A DNA stretch of 64,000 nucleotides from Torpedo marmorata (taxonomy: Eukaryota), in the NCBI GenBank assembly GCA_977017645.1, contig OZ360219.1, forward strand, positions 112,406,001-112,470,000, read 5' to 3'. Shown piece after piece: positions 24,001 to 36,011 of this stretch; the first letter of the stretch is position 1, and each line of letters begins with the position of its first letter. Both the position numbers and the translations under genes were made by a program. The notes below the pieces were generated by a model, which saw only the letters and a program-made list of their open reading frames with translations, was not told the DNA's origin and made no database searches.

Positions 24001-25945
24001 CGACCGTGAGGGCTGTGGGTGCGTCTGACCTAGTGTGGGCCAGGAGTGCGGCATTAGCCAGGGCTTCCTTCGCTTCCACGAACGCTCGTGCGGAGTCATC
24101 GTCCCAAGGTTCGAGCAGCTGCGGGGATGAATCTGCGATAAAAGTTGACTAGCACGAACTCCTGCAGTCCTTTGGTCGTACTGGGCCTCGTGAAGTTGCG
24201 GATAGCCTCCACCTTGCTGGGTAGTGGTGTGGCCCCTCATTTGGTAATCCTGTGGCCCAGGAAGTCAATCGTGCTCAGCCCGAACTGGCATTTAGCCAGG
24301 TTGATAGTAAGGCTGAACTCACGTAGGCAACTGTAGAGGCTTCGGAGGTATTGTAGATGTTCCTGCCGGGTTCTGCTCGCCACCAGGATATCGTCTAAGT
24401 AGACGAAGGTGCCGTCCAGGTCTCGGCCCAACACGTCCATCAGTCGCTAGAAGGTCTGTGCCGCGTTCTTGAGCCCGAATGGCATCCTCAGGAACTTGAA
24501 CAGCCCGAATGGAGTGATGATGGCCGTCTTGGGGATGTCGTCAGGGTGCACCGCGATTTGGTCTTACCCTCGCACCAAGTGCACTTTGGAGAAGATCGTC
24601 GCTCCGTGTAGGTTTGCCGCAAAGTCCTGGATATGCGGCACAGAGTAACGATCTGGAGTGGTGGCCTCGTTAAGCCGGCGGTAGTCACTGCACAGTCTCC
24701 AGCCCCCAGATGCTTTGGGCACCATGTGCAGGGGAGAAGCCCATGGACTGTCCGACCGATGCCTAACTCCTCGAGCTTGTGGAACTCCTCCTTGGCCAGT
24801 TGAGGCTTCTCCGGGGGAAGTCGTCTCGCCCTTGCATGGAGAGGATGTGATGCCTGACGCCGTGTCGGGCTCCTCCACCATGAACTGAGGGGAAAGGATT
24901 GCCGGGAACTCGGCCAGCACTTTGGAGAACTCATCGTCCAAGCTGTGGACGGAGTCCAGGTGCAGTGCAAGAAGGTCGGGAGCTTGAGGCCGACTGCGCT
25001 GATCGCTGCTTCGCTATCCATCGCTGGGTTTAGATGCCATCTAAACCATCGGGTCACCAATTGTAGCCGACTGCTACAAAGAAACACACACACGCAGTGT
25101 GGAAGGTTAAGCTCCCTGCTTTATTGAGGCTGGAAATGCTTCTTTTATACATTTGGAGTTCCTGCCGTTTTGTTGATTGGTTGACATCAGCCGCATGAAT
25201 AACAATAGCGAGCGGGAATGTTCTTGCATATGAATACCCTTCTTCCCCAGCCTGGTATTGATCTGTTAGCTGGGCAGCTTGGCCAGCGCCATTTTAGGGC
25301 TGCTGGTCTTGTACTGCTCCAGCTTTTAACCGCGCCGGTTCGCTATGCTAAGGGTCACGTTACAGTGTGTTATGCCGCTGTTTACTACCCCGCCTGCCGC
25401 GCGATGTGCCAGCTCGATCTTCATGGTGGCGGGCCGCATCAGCTGAATCTTAAAAGTAGTTCATAAAGGGCTGAAAGCAGTCCCTTCTGATTAGGTCTAA
25501 AATTATATACTTCCCAGATAAGATTAAAATCTAAGTCTTGGGGAAGCCTCAACATTAAGGAATTTACAAAACTCCTCATCTGTAAATAGCGAAAAAAATG
25601 TTGATTACGTCATTTAAATTTGGCATATAGTTGCTCAACAGAGGCAAGGTTTTGGTCTATATAAGTCCAAGAAAGATTGAATACCTCACCTTGACCATTG
25701 ATTATATCCAATGTCTTGAACCGAAGGTAAAAAAAAAAGGAATTACATAAAATTGGACTAATTAATAAAAATCTATAACCAAAATGCTTTCTAAATTGGA
25801 ACCAAATAGGCAAAGTATGTCTAACTACCAAATTATCAGTTAATTTGGGGAGCGAAAAAGGCAAATGTGCTCCAAGTATTGAAATAAGAGAGTGTTTTTT
25901 AATGGATTTAATCTCTAAGTCAATCCATCTTGAGGCACCTGAATA
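21077..25945 (-). mobile_element. 3' fragment of a second L1-clade LINE, split by a Gypsy insertion
   Basis: ORF 21398-21928 has CDKC...HMFWFC and LSLEKI; L1-like sequence resumes at 25446-25945 (LVVRHTLPIWFQFRKHFG). Confidence 0.85.
22002..25441 (-). mobile_element. CsRn1-like Gypsy LTR retrotransposon, gag/protease deleted, decayed RT-RH-IN
   Basis: LTRs 22002-22373 and 25062-25441; 4-bp TSD GCTG; PBS TGGTGACCCGA (tRNA-Trp-like) ~25049-25059; FVYLDD, TVDASG, HPSIRTT, ITSDRGAQF motifs. Confidence 0.9.
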
Positions 25946-25959
25946 TTCATTATGATGTA

Positions 25960-26220
25960 TGCACGATTGGCGTAGTGGTTAGCGCAATCCCATTACAGCA
26001 CCAGCGATCGGGACCAGGGTTTGAATCCCGCGCTGTCTGTAAGGAGTTTGTACATTCTCCCCGTGTCTGCGTGGGTTTTCCCCGGGTGCTCCGGTTTCCT
26101 CCCACCGTTCGAAACGTACTGGGGGTGTAGGTTAATTGGGTGTAAATTGGGCGGCACGGACTCGTGGGACGAAATGGCCTGTTACCGTGCTGCATGCCTA
26201 AAAATTTTAAAAATAAATAA
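25960..26220 (+). mobile_element. Near full-length tRNA-derived V-SINE (HE1-like)
   Basis: A-box-like TGGCGTAGTGG, B-box-like GGTTTGAATCCC, V-core, A-rich tail. Confidence 0.82.
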
Positions 26221-28423
26221 TGTGGCATGAAATGAAACTGGATACACCAAGAATACCCCAGACCTTCACCCCAGTAAAAGAGTTTCACGAGGTACCCTAT
26301 TTTCATTGCCCTATGGAACCTCCAAGCCACTACATACTGATAGAAGAAGATTCATTGAGCCTCCAGCACTCGACTTGCCTCAAAATGCTGCTGGAATCCC
26401 AGAACACACTGAAAGACATGCACACCCCGGACACACTCGCGTGTCCTCCTTCCATCAGGGAAAACACTCAAGAGTGTGAAAGCACACACCAATCGGCTTA
26501 GAGTTTTTTTCCTGCACCCATCAGGCTCCTGAAGGAACCCCATAACAGTGCTCTCATGCTACCTAGGCTTGGTGATAATACATCTTCCTTTTCAGTGTAA
26601 TCTGTACTCTGTAAACTGTGCCCTTGTACAGCTGTACGTAATTCCATATATAATCTGTTTGCACAAGAACACTTCTCATGGTACTAGGTATTTTGTTACA
26701 ATCAAACATAAACTTAACTTAAACAACCAGTGATATCTAATGTACTTTCCACACCTAACTGAACTTGGTTATGACAACAAATAGTCCCATACAGATGGTT
26801 CTTGAAGCCCCTAGGTGTGGAAGTATTCTAGTGCTTCCAGTTCCAGCTCTCTCTCACTTTGTCTCTTACAATCTGCTATTGATTCTGTGCTCAGCTCTCA
26901 GTTTCTGCAATCAGACTTGGTACTTGTCCTTATGAAATCCTGCTGAAGTATAATGGCTGCTATTTACACATTCACTCAGATTCTTGGCATTTCTATTTAC
27001 ACAGACTGCTTGGGATAGTCCAAAGTTGCAGTTTAGGGATCGTATACCACTGGTTTTTTTCAATCATCTCCAATCACACATATTCAATAATATTATCTAA
27101 AAGCAGAAATTTCTTCAGATGCTACCTGACCTACTATTTGTGATAAATTATGTTTTTTTTTAACAAACTGACATACTATTTATGATCTGCTTCAACTGCA
27201 GATACTTCACACATCTGCTGTTCTCTATGTATGGGAAAACTCAGGCTTGTTCATGCATTCCTAATGGGCAGCGACCACACTCCAAGCTGAATAACATGCA
27301 TCACTGATATCCAAAGATCTGGATTACATCTTGCTTCATTATCCATCATTAAACTGAGAGTGGAGCTCACAACGACAACTTATGGAGAGTTTCAACAGCC
27401 AGATGGGGGCATATTTATTGGAAAAGATAACCACAAGCCAGGTCAAATGGGCAGTTTTAAAGAGAGAGGAACAGATGTTGAGAGGGTTAAAGGTGGGAAT
27501 TCCAAACTAGTTGTGTGTGGCATCTAATTCAGGGAATTGTCAATGAGTGCAAAGCCAGAGCTGAAGTGCAGAGATCTCAAAGGATTGCAAGGTAGGGAAG
27601 GACAAGGCCATTGGTGGGATGGGGGATGGTGAAGGAAGGGTATTTGAAAATGTTAAATTGCTTCCAGGCCCTGCAATAGAACAATGTGGATCAGCAAGCA
27701 CAAGCAATTAGGATGTACCAGTGGAATCGAGGGCTTGGAAAGGAAAGACTTGTGTTTAAAGACTAAAGATTACAGGGCAGGGTATTAAGGCAAGAGGGAA
27801 CTCCTCATTAGCTGGAAATTATATTGATGTGGGAGATTGGAAATGTCACAAAGTGAGCCCGCGTCTCTGATAGGCCAAAAAAAAACACGGTGAAGACACC
27901 GAATCCAGACACATGTCCATCCCACTTTGGTTATGGGAGCTCAGTGGTTGAGTCACTGCTCGAGAAACCAGACACTTAGAACACCGATACCTATACACAA
28001 GATTAAGTCCCACCATGGCAGCTGGGAAATTCAAATAATTTAAAAGAAAAGCTAGTTTCCATAACAGTAACCCTGAGAAAACTGGATCATCACACAAACT
28101 CAGCGGGTTTGATAATGTCCTTCAGAGAACCAAAACTTGCCATCCTTGTACTTTCTGGCCTGCAGGTTACCTCTGCCCAATCAAACACGTTGATTCAGGA
28201 TCAAATCCTCAATTCAGGACAACTATAGACAATCATTAAAAAGCAACAATCCAGCCGCACCCAGTAGGTGAACGAGTAAATTAAAAAACATGTATGCACA
28301 ACTGAACATCAACGATCACAGCTTACCACATCACCATTCTCAATTAACGCTCACAAGAACTTGAGTTTTTAAACCATCTTCAGACAGATCAAGAGTGATG
28401 CTAATTTAGTCTATTTAATTCTA

Positions 28424-29125
<702 letters not shown>

Positions 29126-30129
29126 TCAGCACTGTTGTTATAACTGCTGCCAATGCTTTGGACACAGACTTTACAGATACTTTGATACCAAAAATAAAAA
29201 TAAAAATTGTAGTTGCTGAAAATATTTTAAAAATGCTAGAAATAGATCATGCAGCAGCTGTGTTCAGAAGTAAATATTTCAGCTGTAGCTGCTCAGCAGT
29301 ACGGAGTAGTTACAGCATTTTCTCATGTTCTCATTTTCAACATAGGCACTATTTTACTTTTGCAATATCAACAACTGCTGTCCAAACAAGATGTGACACC
29401 ATCTTACACGGGTTATGGGTATGAGGTAGAGAAATAGATTGTTGTGAAGTAGGTTTACATAGGTCAGTCAGCACAATATTGTGGACCAAAGGGCCTGTAC
29501 TGTTCCATGTTCTTGACCGAATGCTACCAGCTCTGCTGAGTACATCTTGCATTTTCTCTTTCTAATAAACAATAAAATGTTAAAGTTGACCAGGAAGAAC
29601 AATGCTTGTGACTGTGTGAACTCCATACATCGGACCCCTTTGTATTACAGGTTCAGGTTTCGGGGGGGGGGGGGGGCTGGGGAAAGAGGATCTCCAGGAC
29701 TGGTTTGCACTCTCAGGAGCTTGGAGAATAGAATGTCTCCACCAATCCATCAAAACACAAACAGATCACAAACATACATAATTGAAGAGATAGAGCTCAT
29801 TTGCCAGACAACACTTGCTGAGACATTAAGACTTCCTGGAAACCAAAATATCTGAACTGTCTATGACTAAATTACATTGAGAAGCAGACCCACCATATGA
29901 CTCAGTGCCCAATACCATAACAACATAAACTCAGCTAGAGAGAGAACACAGTACATTCTGTGCTTAATGAAACATTACAGAGTAGAATTTCCCAAATTAA
30001 ACTTACATTTTTGGAGATCACAACCTCTCAAACAATCACAACTGTATGTGACAGATTGGATGAATTCGTTTTTTTCCCCCTTTGCCAATGATTATACCAG
30101 AGCCAAATGTCTCAAATGCCCATTAGTGT

Positions 30130-30291
30130 TCAGAATCAGAATTTATTGTCATGAACAAGTCATGAAATTCGGTGTTTTGCGGCAGCATCATAGTACAATT
30201 AACATTCATATTAGCCATCTAACGACATTACTATAAAAAATTATAAACAATAGTGCACGAAAAGTAAGGCAGTGTCTTTGGTTCATTGATT
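30130..30291 (-). mobile_element. Short 3' end of the young Rex1/Babar family (another at ~41336-41479)
   Basis: Near-identical to 32740-32890 including the (TCTGAT)n tail. Confidence 0.88.
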
Positions 30292-30599
30292 TAAGCAGAA
30301 TAAAGTTTAGAATCAAAAGGCACAGCATGATGAAGCTGGTGGACAAAATGCAGCAAAACATTAGTCTCCTGCCTGATTCGAATGTAAATCAGTTTCTCAC
30401 TATTAAGTATTACCATCTCCTGTGGGCTGATTCAATACCACACTAAGGTTTTTAATTATATAATTGTAAATTGGAAAAAAACCCATAAATTTTTAAAATC
30501 TAAAATTACAATTTAGCAAGTAGTTCCGCAAAAAAAGAATGAACATTTCAGGTCTGAAACCGTTTGTCAGACCCTAGTTCCCAGACCGGAAAGATTTAT

Positions 30600-31185
30600 G
30601 TTTTTTACAAATAACTAACTTTTTTTTTCCCCCCATCGGCAATTGTCACACTGACCTTCCAGAGTGGCCGTTCACACAGGAACGACCAAAACTCCAAAAT
30701 TCCGGATTTCACCGCGAGTTTAGACTAAATACCTGAGGTGCGGTATTTACGTAGGCTGGACGTGGGACGCCACTGCGTCGACGTCGACTTTGACGTGAAT
30801 CATCTGCGTATGAAATATCCAGCAGGCAGAAGAGCAAAATGGCTCTTGATCCCCAGATGCTTTTAATGCTAGCAGCAGGTATGTATAACACTATACAAAT
30901 GCACCTTAATTTGCAGGCTGCACATTAAAAAAAACCGCGCTGCAACGTCGCGCGCTTTACGTGTCATCGCACGTCATCAATAACGTCCTATTCATTAGCC
31001 CGTTACTGCCGATCGCCTGCAGTTGTGATTAGACTGCAGGCGTTCCGTAATAATTTCTAGGGGTCCAAGAGATAAAATTTCAGAACGGGAATGAGTCCCT
31101 CATTTCCGTTCCGATCCTTTTATACAGACTTCCTTCCGGAATTTTGGGAATAATTTTCTGGAACGCAGAGGCTGTGTAAAAAAAC
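30600..31185 (+). mobile_element. CpG-rich non-autonomous DNA element, PIF/Harbinger-like
   Basis: TTTTACA(C)A...TGTGTAAAA ends; internal CAGAGTGGCCGTTCACACAGG shared in inverted orientation with 59716-60360. Confidence 0.5.
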
Positions 31186-32726
31186 ATAATTAACTGTATT
31201 TCCCTTTCCACAGATGCAGCCTGGCTCCAGCATTTGTTTATATTACTCAATACATTAACTTCTTAACAGGCAATCTGCCGAACTGCGTACAGTAAAACCA
31301 ATCCTTCACGCACATTTGTCAACTCAGTCCCTTACTCGACTCCCTAAACACTCATGACTTTGTGGCCAAACACTGCTCTAATTCCATGTAAAAGTCTGCA
31401 GCTGGCACCACCATCACAGGCAGGATCTCAAACAACGATGAGACGGAGTATAGGAAGGATTTGGAATTTGGTGGCAGCGTTAGAACAATCTTTCCCTCGG
31501 TGTCAACAAAACCTAGGAGCTGGTCATTGATTTCAGGAAATGGAGTGCACATCAATGGTTTTGAGTAGAGATGGTGGAGAGTTTCAAGGTCTCAGGAGTA
31601 CACATTACCAAAAACCTGTCCTAGTCAAACTACAATAATGTTACATTCAGAAGCCTGAGGAAATTCGACATGTCTCCGAGGTCTCTCACCAGCTTTTACA
31701 GATGCACCATACAGTATCCTGTCTGAAGGCATCACAGCTTGGAACGGGAACTACTCTGCCCAAGACTGCAAGAAACTGCAGAGAGCTGTGAACATAGCTC
31801 AGGCCATCATGCGAACCAACCTCCCCTCCATCAACTCCGTCCGTACCTCCCGCTATCTCAGGAAAGCTGCCAACATATTAAAAGGATCCATCCCACCACA
31901 CTCAAATGCTCTTTTCTCCCCTATCATCAGGCAGAAGGTACACGTGTTATGGACCATGACTGACCATTTGGACTGCGGACGGTCAGCAGGAAGGATGAAG
32001 TATTTTTGAGTACACACTGAGACCAGTACTGGAAGAGTTAACTTGCCCAGGACTGGGTGTACTCAGAGAAAGAGACAGAGACAGGCTGTGGAAAGATACT
32101 TTGTTGCACTTTTTAAAAAGCAGGTGCAAACCTCTGCAAAATGCATTCAGATTCAGTTTTTGGAGTTGCAAGAGGCTGGAACAACACAGCCAAATCCAGG
32201 CTTGTGCATCCCAGAGAAAGTGGAGACCATGTGATGTTCCTGCCAGTGAAGAATGGGCAGTAGTGCAGCAGGTTGTGATCCCTAAAGAATATAGGGACAA
32301 AATAATAACTTTGGCTCATAGCACACCCTTAGGTGGTCACCTTGGGGCAAAGAAAACTATACGGAAGATAATGAAACAATTTTATTGGCCCAGTTTGAGA
32401 AGGGAGGTAGTAAGCTTTTGCTGGGCCTGTCACACTTGTCAGGTGGTGGGAAAACCTAATCAGGGTCCCCCGGTGGCACCCTTGCAACCTATCCCTGCTT
32501 TCAGTGAGCCTTTCTCGAGAGTGATTGTGGACTGTGTTGGCACATTGCCCAAAACTAAAGCGGGGAATTAGTATTTGTTAATAATTATGTGTGCAGCCAC
32601 CAGATTTCCAGAGGCCATTCCTCTGAGAAACATTAAAGCAAAGGCAATTGTAAAGGCTATGGTAAAGTTTCTCACCTTGGTAGGTTTGCCAAGGGAAATT
32701 CAATCAGTTCAGGGGAGTAATTTCAT

Positions 32727-35700
32727 CAGAATCAGAATCAGAATCAGAATTTATTGTCATGAACAAGTCATGAAATTCGGTGCTTTGCGGCAGCATCATA
32801 GTGCAATTAACATTCATATTAACCATTCTAACGACATTACTATATAAAAATTATAAACAATAGTGCACTAGTGTCTTTGGTTCATTGATTGTTCAGGAAT
32901 CTGATGGCAGCGGGGAAGAAGCTGACCTTGTGCCGTTGAGTGCTCGTCTTTAGGCTCCTGTACCTTTTCCCCGATGGAAGCAGCGTGAAGAGGGCATGGC
33001 CTGGGTGGTGGGGGTCCTTGAGGATAGAGGCTGCTTTATTAAGACATCGCCTCATGTAGATGTCCTCGATGGAGTGAAGTTTGGTGCCCGTGATGTCACA
33101 AGCCGAGGTAACAACCTTCTGGAGTTTGCACTTGTCCTGGGAGTTGGCACCACCATACCAGGCAGTGATGCATCCAGCTAGAATGCTCTCCACGGTACAC
33201 CTGTAGAAGTTCACAAGAGTCTTTGGCGACATACCGAATCTCCGCAATCGCCTCACAAAGTATAGCCGCTGACGAGCCTTCTTTGTGATTGCATCCACGT
33301 GGATGCTCCAGGACAGATCCTCGGAGATGTTGACACCCAGGAATTTGAAGTTCTTGACCCTCTCCACGACTGAGCCCTCGATGAGGACTGGGTTATGTTC
33401 CCCTGACTTCCTCCTGAAGTCCACAATCATCTCCTTGGTTTTACTGACGTTGAGCTCGAGGTTGTTGTCATTACACCATTCAATGAGCTGATCTATCTCC
33501 CTCCTGTACGCTTCCTCATTGCCGTTTGTGATTCTGCCGACAACTGTGGTGTCATCGGCAAACTTGTATATGGCATTGGAATTGTGCCTGGCCTCACAGT
33601 CATGAGTGTATAGCGAGTAGAGCAGTGGGCTAAGCACACATCCTTGGGGTGCGCCTGTGTTGATAATCAGTGAGGAGGAGACGTTGTTTCCAATTCGTAC
33701 TGACTGTGGTCTTCCGATGAGAAAGTCAAGGATCCAGTTGCAGAGTGGGGTACAGAGGCCTAGAGTTTGTAGCTTCTTGACCAGCACTGAGGGAATAATG
33801 GTATTGAAGGCCGAGCTGTAGTCTATGAAGAGCAGCCGTATGTATGAATTGCTGTTTTCGAGGTGATCCAGAGCTGAGTGGAGAGCCAGCGATATTGCAT
33901 CTGCTGTGGAGCGATTGTGACGATAGGCGAATTGCAGTGGGTCCAGATCTTTGCTTAGGTATGTGTTAATTCTGGCCATGACCAGCCTCTCAAAACATTT
34001 CATCACCGTAGAAGTTAGTGCTACTGGGCGATAGTCGTTGAGGCAGCTCACACTACTCTTCTTGGGCACCGGGATGATTGATGCCCTTTTGAAGCAGGTG
34101 GGAACCTCTGACTGCCGCAATGAGAGGTTGAAAATGTCCGTGAACACTCCGGCTAGTTGGTTGGCGCAGATTTTCAATACCCTGCCAGGTACGCCGTCAG
34201 GGCCTGACGCCTTGCGAGGGTTCACCCTCTTGAATGATGTTCTGACGTCGCCCTCAGAGACAGATATCACAGGGTCCTCTGCCCTCTCAGGGATTCTATT
34301 AGGCACCGTTTTGTTCTTCTTCTCAAAGCGGGCATAGAAGGTGTTCAGCTCATCGGGTAGTGAAGCATCACAGCCGTCTATAGTGTTCCCCCTCGTTTTG
34401 TAGGCTGTAATGGCCTGCACTCCCTGCCATAGCTGCCGTGTATCTGTCTCTGTCTCTAGCTTCCTTCGGAATTGCCACTTTCCTTCAGAGATGGCCTTCC
34501 GCAGGTCGTGCCTGGACTTTTTGTAAAGATCCCGGTCCCCGTCTTTAAACGCCCTTGTTCTCGTCCTCAGCAAGTTGCGAATTCTTTGATTCATCCAGGG
34601 CTTCTGGTTGGGGAACACCCGGTATTTGCGCGTGGGCACACACTCATCCACGCAGGTCTTGATGAAGTCGGTGACACTTGTTGCATATTCATTTATGTCT
34701 ATGGCTGAGTGCTTGAATATGTTCCAGTCCACCGAGTCAAAGCAGTCCTGCAGACGCTCCTCCGCCTCCCTTGACCACACTTTCGCTGTCCTCTCCACTG
34801 TTGCTGTGGACTTTAGTCTCTGCTTGTACGCCGGGAGTAGAAGTACAGCCAGGTGATCAGACTTGCCGAAGTGCGGTCGTGGTATGGCTCGGTAGGCGTT
34901 CTTCACGGTGGTGTAGCAGTGGTCAAGTGTGTTGGTTCCCCTGGTCTCGCAAGTGATGTGTTGGTGGTAGTTTGTCAGTGACTTCTTCAGGTTGGCCTGA
35001 TTGAAGTCTCCCACAATGATCGGGAAGGCATCAGGATGTGCTGTCTCATGGCTGTTTATCACAGTGCTCAGTCCCTCCAGTGCCAGCCTGACGTTAGCCT
35101 GGGGCGGAATGTACACTGCGACCAGGATGATGGCGGTGAACTCCCTCGGCAGATAGAATGGGCGACACTTGATCGCCAGATGTTCTAGGTCGGGGGAGCA
35201 GGACTGGGACATGATCGTCACGTCTGTGCACCACGATGAATTGATGATGACACACACGCCGCCTCCCCTGGTTTTTCCAGACGCCGGTGTTCGGTCAGCG
35301 CGGTGGAGGGTGTAGCCCTTGGGCTGTAGCGCCGTGTCCGGAATGTCCTTGTTTAGCCATGTTTCTGTGAAGCACATCACGCAGCACTCCCTGATGACTC
35401 CCTGATATTGAATTCTGGCTTGGAGTTCATCAAATTTGTTCTCCAAGGATTGAACGTTGGCCAGTAGGATGGTAGGGAGCGGAAGCTTCAGGTCCCCCCT
35501 TCTCAGTTTGACTTGTAGCCCCCCTCTGCGTCCCCGTGGTCGGGACTTCTTTACCTGGCCCTTGGATCCGCGTCTACGTGGTCGGGGCTTCTTTACCTGG
35601 CCCTTGGATCCGCTGCCGGTAGGTCCCGCAGTGTTTAAACGGACCGTGCGCTGTCCCTTTAAATCCTGCGCGATTTGTAATTGTGTTGATTGCCTGCTGT

Positions 35701-36011
35701 CTGCGGCTCCCGCGAAGTTTGAACGGCCCGTTCTCTGGCCGTTTAAAACTCCCGCGGTGCCGCAGCTGTTCCTTCGTAAGTTGTTTAAAGGTCCCGCGGC
35801 CCGACGGAGACTGCAGCTGTACCTTCGTAAGTTCTTTAAAGGTCCCCCGGTTCCGATTCCTAGCTCTTCCAGCGATCTTTGGACATCCCCGTTGTAGGGT
35901 AAGTATGTTTTTGTGTTCGTTCTGATTTTTAGGAGTTCTGAACAGGAATACTTGATTATTCCCGTCAGAGCTGCTCGCAAAGAGTCGCCGGTGCAAGGCG
36001 CCATTTTACAT
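32727..36011 (-). mobile_element. Full-length Rex1/Babar-type LINE inserted in the integrase of copy B
   Basis: 5' end TGTAAAATGGCGCC, single ORF, TGACAATAAA(TTCTGA)n tail; integrase QGSNF|MSGVFQ resumes on either side. Confidence 0.93.
32882..36004 (-). CDS. Rex1/Babar ORF: APE endonuclease plus RT, 1040 aa, uninterrupted
   Basis: LLANVQSL, CFTETW, VGDFN, SDH; YRPVALTS, IDYSSAFNTI, PQGCVLSP, KFADD. Confidence 0.93.
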   Translation of the reverse strand: MAPCTGDSLRAALTGIIKYSCSELLKIRTNTKTYLPYNGDVQRSLEELGIGTGGPLKNLRRYSCSLRRAAGPLNNLRRNSCGTAGVLNGQRTGRSNFAGAADSRQSTQLQIAQDLKGQRTVRLNTAGPTGSGSKGQVKKPRPRRRGSKGQVKKSRPRGRRGGLQVKLRRGDLKLPLPTILLANVQSLENKFDELQARIQYQGVIRECCVMCFTETWLNKDIPDTALQPKGYTLHRADRTPASGKTRGGGVCVIINSSWCTDVTIMSQSCSPDLEHLAIKCRPFYLPREFTAIILVAVYIPPQANVRLALEGLSTVINSHETAHPDAFPIIVGDFNQANLKKSLTNYHQHITCETRGTNTLDHCYTTVKNAYRAIPRPHFGKSDHLAVLLLPAYKQRLKSTATVERTAKVWSREAEERLQDCFDSVDWNIFKHSAIDINEYATSVTDFIKTCVDECVPTRKYRVFPNQKPWMNQRIRNLLRTRTRAFKDGDRDLYKKSRHDLRKAISEGKWQFRRKLETETDTRQLWQGVQAITAYKTRGNTIDGCDASLPDELNTFYARFEKKNKTVPNRIPERAEDPVISVSEGDVRTSFKRVNPRKASGPDGVPGRVLKICANQLAGVFTDIFNLSLRQSEVPTCFKRASIIPVPKKSSVSCLNDYRPVALTSTVMKCFERLVMARINTYLSKDLDPLQFAYRHNRSTADAISLALHSALDHLENSNSYIRLLFIDYSSAFNTIIPSVLVKKLQTLGLCTPLCNWILDFLIGRPQSVRIGNNVSSSLIINTGAPQGCVLSPLLYSLYTHDCEARHNSNAIYKFADDTTVVGRITNGNEEAYRREIDQLIEWCNDNNLELNVSKTKEMIVDFRRKSGEHNPVLIEGSVVERVKNFKFLGVNISEDLSWSIHVDAITKKARQRLYFVRRLRRFGMSPKTLVNFYRCTVESILAGCITAWYGGANSQDKCKLQKVVTSACDITGTKLHSIEDIYMRRCLNKAASILKDPHHPGHALFTLLPSGKRYRSLKTSTQRHKVSFFPAAIRFLNNQ

